64,000 nt of DNA from NCBI GenBank assembly GCA_905178155.1, contig CAJINV010000003.1, positions 1,607,557 through 1,671,556 of the forward strand. Reading direction: 5' to 3'. Below are positions 59,943 to 64,000 of this stretch, piece after piece. Position numbers and translations under genes: made by a program. A model generated the notes under the pieces. That model saw only the letters and a list, made by a program, of their open reading frames with translations, made no database searches and was not told the origin of the DNA. How positions within the stretch are numbered: position 1 is the stretch's first letter; each line of letters begins with the position of its first letter. The stretch comes from Amoebophrya sp. A120 (lineage: Eukaryota > Protista > Dinoflagellata).

Positions 59943-62399
59943 TCAAAGATCTCCATCCGTCCTCTGTGACCATCCCTGTGATTGTACACCAGGTTCTTCA
60001 ACACTGCTGGTCTTGCTTTTCAACATTGATTTTGGCGCAACTACCGCATCAATAGAGGGGAAGTAAACTGGGCCAGGGTTGTTGCGATCAACAGAAGGAC
60101 CAAAGCCGTTGGCTATCGAGCGGATGCCACCATAGCCATTGAGGTAACGTGAACAGAGGTTACGCAGGGAGATTTTGTCCTTTGCCGGTTGTAGTTCCCC
60201 AGATCCAGTGCAGTTAGCAGCGTGTGAAGTCGATGATAATTCTGTGGTGACATCATGCGTTGCCTTCGGCGTCAATAATGCCTCGTCCGGAAACGAAATC
60301 GCCGTTTGCGCCTCCACGTCGTGGTCCCTAAAAAAACTGTAGACGGACAGCCCTCGCGCGTCGTGGCTCGTGACATTGGGCATCACACGGTAAGCCACGA
60401 CCCGTGAGTCCAGTTCTACTTCCGTTGCGCCGACGCCGTGTGCGTCGTACGGAAACTCGGATTGAAAGAAATACACCCGGCCATGCTGTCCGTACCATCG
60501 TACCTGGTCCCTGAGCACGTGCTCCGCTGCTAGCCCGTAAATTGTCACCGAGTTACCGTGAACTTCTAGCGCGTGGTCCACGGGGTTGCGCTCTTTCCGC
60601 ACGTCGCCGCCAATATCGTGGTCTGCGCGCCAGAGCCAGAGGTTCTCGAGCACCACGTGGGAAGCGAGTATGGTCATCATGCTTTTCGCACGCACTTCTA
60701 CCACCCGGCTGTCGGTGTCCCCACCCACCCTGACGAAAATGTCGTATAGAAAAATGTGGTCCTCCGGTTCTGGGGTGACTCCATGAACAACATTCTTGCG
60801 GCTAGAACAACTAGATGTGCAAGTGCTTGCCCTTTCATCTTCTGCTCTATTTTGGTCCCTGTCGTTCTTTTTCCCGATTTGCACGAGCGTGTCACCCCTA
60901 AAATCGGGCGCAGGCTGCACAATCAAGCCGGAAATGCGACTGCCACGCGCTTTATCAGTGACGACCAAGCACGGCTGGGTTTCGCCATGCGCAACGAGAG
61001 TCGCGAGCCCGATGCCCAGCAGGAGAGTTTCCGGACGGGAAATGGTGACCGATTCATTTCCGCGACAGTGGTAGATTCCCGGAGTGAGAACTACAGCAGG
61101 CGGGAATTCGGTAGCTGAGGAAAGAACGTGATTGATTTTCGCAATCACGTCCGCATCGCTCGGATCTGCAACGAATACACGCTCGAAAGAAATCCGTCTC
61201 GGTTTTTTATTCAGGGCACGCGGTGCCGGTGCCGCTTCATCTTTAGGAATAATCGTAGCTGTGCGCGACGTGGTGGTCTCTGCAGCCGGAACGACGATGA
61301 AATATTTCTGGTGTTGTAATCCTTGGTTGTCTTGGTGTGCGCCTGCAGGGACATGTTCATCACTCTCGTTGTTGCGCTTGGTGCCAACATTTTGCTCTGC
61401 CACAGTGTTGTGTGCCACGAGGAAGGGCTTTTTGGCAAAAATCGGGAGGCCGTCTACTTTCGTAATTTTTGGCAGTGACGCATCGTCTCCGCCTTGTTCA
61501 AAGACACAGTCTAACAGTACAAAATTCCACGAACCCGGGACGAATCTTCCCGCTGCCTGGACGTTCCGAAAGCAAAATTGCTGCTGCGACCCACTGTCTA
61601 CGTCTTTTCCGACGACTACATCCGCCACGAAGCCGCCGCTACTGTAGCCAAAATTGAAGCTCGGCCAGTCCATGCCGGACAAAAATAGACTACCGGCCAC
61701 GGAAACCCGCCGGAGCGTGCTGGCTTGTGACACCCACCAATTCAGGTCGTTGGGAGTGTGGAAATTCTCGGCCTTGCGCCAGAAATTCGTCAGTGCGCCA
61801 GCTCTGAAGTCGGGGGACCCGTTCAGCACCTGGACTTTTTCGATCTGAGTTCGCTTTCTAGAACGCGATTTGTGATTTTTGTGAGTAGTGCGAGAAGTTG
61901 ACGTTGCGTCTGAACTTCTCTTGATTTCGTCCGCAGCTACTTGAACAAGATGATGACTCTCATCTACTTCCCCATCTTCACCCAGCCCCAGGACGTGGTG
62001 GTAGTAGCCCACATTTACCGTGACCGAGTGCTTCCCGGGTAGGAACAGGAAAGCGTGACGCCTCTGACTGAACTCGCGCCCCCTTTCCTCGAAGTAGCCC
62101 CGGGCGTCGTGTACCGTGTACGTGCCGTGTTCGGAGAAAATGTCGTCCAGAATGGCCTGTTTATCGGCCGGCGACTGTTCCTCATCGGGGCGGAAAACGG
62201 TCACCGCTCCTTTCGGCCACGCCGGTGGATTTGGGTACGTAGTTGGGGCGGGTGGCAATCCCTTCGATGTTGTTCCCAGCAACGCCTGGTCGGCAATCGC
62301 GAAATTTGTAGATGACCTTGTCAGGAGCAACATTGATGAAAACCAAGCAGCACGTAGGCGACGAGGAGATGAGAAAAAGCAAAAAGCGGAAGGTGACAT
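59943..62399 (-). CDS. Bacterial-type GH55 exo-beta-1,3-glucanase (laminarinase), secreted, intronless
   Basis: FLFLPG, VGYYHHVLGLG, ALTNFWRKAENF, VSQASTLRR, GYSSGGFVAD, SGSQQQF, LTPGIYH, DIFVRVGG, NLWLWRADH, GLAAEH and FFQSEFPYD. ATG at 62399 with a hydrophobic leader. Confidence 0.85.
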   Translation of the reverse strand: MSPSAFCFFSSPRRLRAAWFSSMLLLTRSSTNFAIADQALLGTTSKGLPPAPTTYPNPPAWPKGAVTVFRPDEEQSPADKQAILDDIFSEHGTYTVHDARGYFEERGREFSQRRHAFLFLPGKHSVTVNVGYYHHVLGLGEDGEVDESHHLVQVAADEIKRSSDATSTSRTTHKNHKSRSRKRTQIEKVQVLNGSPDFRAGALTNFWRKAENFHTPNDLNWWVSQASTLRRVSVAGSLFLSGMDWPSFNFGYSSGGFVADVVVGKDVDSGSQQQFCFRNVQAAGRFVPGSWNFVLLDCVFEQGGDDASLPKITKVDGLPIFAKKPFLVAHNTVAEQNVGTKRNNESDEHVPAGAHQDNQGLQHQKYFIVVPAAETTTSRTATIIPKDEAAPAPRALNKKPRRISFERVFVADPSDADVIAKINHVLSSATEFPPAVVLTPGIYHCRGNESVTISRPETLLLGIGLATLVAHGETQPCLVVTDKARGSRISGLIVQPAPDFRGDTLVQIGKKNDRDQNRAEDERASTCTSSCSSRKNVVHGVTPEPEDHIFLYDIFVRVGGDTDSRVVEVRAKSMMTILASHVVLENLWLWRADHDIGGDVRKERNPVDHALEVHGNSVTIYGLAAEHVLRDQVRWYGQHGRVYFFQSEFPYDAHGVGATEVELDSRVVAYRVMPNVTSHDARGLSVYSFFRDHDVEAQTAISFPDEALLTPKATHDVTTELSSTSHAANCTGSGELQPAKDKISLRNLCSRYLNGYGGIRSIANGFGPSVDRNNPGPVYFPSIDAVVAPKSMLKSKTSSVEEPGVQSQGWSQRTDGDL

Positions 62400-62912
62400 C
62401 TTGATTGATGCAGAATGGGTACTAGTATTGCCATTGAGTGTCAAATACGTTCATTTCATTCACGTGGAACCGCAGGGGATATTTACTTTCACAACATGAA
62501 CAGCATCATACAAGGATTGCGCTACTTACTTATCTGTTCATCCAGTGTATGCTTTGACTTTGTACAGTTAGAGGCAATAAAAACGAGGACGATGAACTCA
62601 GAGTTTTTGGGTCAAATAGATCGATTTGCAGAAACGTGTACTTCGCCACCCCGATAGTACCTCCATCACGGAAAAAAAGTCGAGCGGCTTTGCTTTTGAC
62701 GAGACATACTCTGTCAAGCTCATCGGCTTCTTTATCTTCTGGGGAACACACTCACACGTTTTGAATGAATCCACAAGCGAATATATTACTTCTTGTGCTT
62801 TACTATCAAGACTAAGTGTTAGTACATATTGATTTCTTATTTGTTCAGTACCCTTCTGTAGTTCGCGGAAGAACATGAAGATGCTCGTGGTCGTTTTTTT
62901 TCATCTGTCGCT

Positions 62913-64000
62913 TCATCTTTGCGGCCCAGCACCAGCTGCATTTAAGTCGTTCAACGTCTGCATGACTTGTTTGCATTTGTCTGTGACTCTATCGAATTCC
63001 CGTGGGTCCCGTACGAAGGGCTTCACGCGTGCCAAAAATTTGTCGGGATGCCACCGCAGCAGCAAGACCTTGCGTTCTTGCTTGGAGGTAAGCGAAAGCC
63101 AATCCAAGTCCATGGCCCGCTTGCTCTTGTTTTCGAAATCCTGCAACCCGCGGGGCCACGGGATGTCGGAGTAGGTAATTCTGTTCTTCTCCGCGATGCC
63201 CTGGCCTTGCACGAACGAGGACCAACGCCGCTCGTCCTCCGCAAGACCATCCTTCGCGCGTTCCGCCCGTGTCTTGGTAGGTTGGGACGGATATCAAATG
63301 CAAAAATGTCTGTGTCTGAAAGGTTGGAGCTTGTGATGCTAGCTTTGGACTCTAGAAAAAACTGTATTGCATGATCAGCAAGAGGAGTCTAGTTTGTGCT
63401 ACGCGGGGAGGGCATTTGTCATGCGGAATAGGCATCAGGAAGCCCTGTAAAAATCTGTGATGCTAGGTCATGCATTACAAACATCATGGGTCATGCAACA
63501 TATGCATGACAAACCCGGCAATATTCCCGACCCAGACATTTTTGCATTTGATAACGGACCGGCGGGGGTGAACTCGCGCGCCGGCGGGAGCCCGCTGTTC
63601 GGCCGCGGCTCCGGGCCCGCGGGGCGGTCGTAGGGAAGGTCTTCTGCGTCTTGATGCGAAGCACCCGCGGGCCGGTATTCCTCCCGCGAGAACCCGGGGT
63701 AGTACGTCGGCGGTGGTCGCGGCCCCGTAGGCGCCTTGACGTTTCGGGTTTCCTGTTTCTGCTGCTCCGTCAGGTTTTTGTACATGCGGTCCTGCCTGGT
63801 CTGGTGCGAGTTCAAGGCGGCGTCTCTTTGGCGCTCGCGCGCCTCCGCCTCGGACTCCAAGTGTTTTTGTTTTTTGCGCTGCCTCTGCTCCAAAATGTCG
63901 TCCACCCAGGAGTTGTTGAAGTTATTGGGCCCGCCGCCGGCGGCGCTCTGGGAGCTGTAAAAGCTGTCGAAATAGGAGGTTGACCGCGCGGAGGTTCTAG
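62913..64000 (-). CDS. NFKBIL1-like protein (DIPWP...RWHPDKF domain), 5'-incomplete
   Basis: ITYSDIPWP and LLLRWHPDKF motifs. ORFs 63468-63905 and 62913-63212 join when 267 nt are removed; the frame stays open to the window edge. Confidence 0.7.
63292..63553. mobile_element. Introner, TATCAAATG family
   Basis: TIR tatcaaatgcaaaaatgtctg / cagacatttttgcatttgata; direct repeat acgga. Confidence 0.9.

Noticed and set aside
1-64000. Reassigned genetic code
   Set aside because: ORFs of up to 2,194 codons have no internal stops, and TAA, TAG and TGA all end genes at expected positions.
1-64000. Rhodopsin gene, rRNA, tRNA or autonomous transposase in the window
   Set aside because: No 7-TM opsin motif, structured RNA gene or DDE transposase was recognisable by eye.

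Overview
Intron-containing eukaryotic genomic DNA. Co-oriented gene blocks, proteins inflated by low-complexity insertions and many non-canonical inverted-repeat introns suggest a syndinian dinoflagellate such as Amoebophrya; this is inferred from sequence style only. Plus-strand block (about 1-37.4 kb): CLC chloride channel, Kelch-BTB (LZTR1-like) protein, SGNH-like protein, a giant Kir potassium channel, a GH7-like glycosidase whose probable 4.3-kb first intron is filled with satellites, a hypothetical gene with an in-frame TAG, and a Penelope-like RT fragment. An AT-rich island marks the convergent strand switch. Minus-strand block (39.6-64 kb): a carotenoid/retinal gene, an acidic protein, a cold-shock-domain protein, a bacterial-type GH55 and an NFKBIL1-like protein. 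Main finding: removing six frame-consistent introns joins the separate minus-strand ORFs at 39.6-49.5 kb into one reading frame of about 2,900-2,970 aa. It encodes CrtI, CrtB, a CrtYc/d-type cyclase and Blh, so the whole GGPP-to-retinal pathway may sit in one polypeptide. Second finding: about 11 MITE-like introners share TAT...ATA ends and 5-bp target duplications, most share an internal motif, and one family must be excised in both orientations. All gene models were built by hand and need RNA confirmation.
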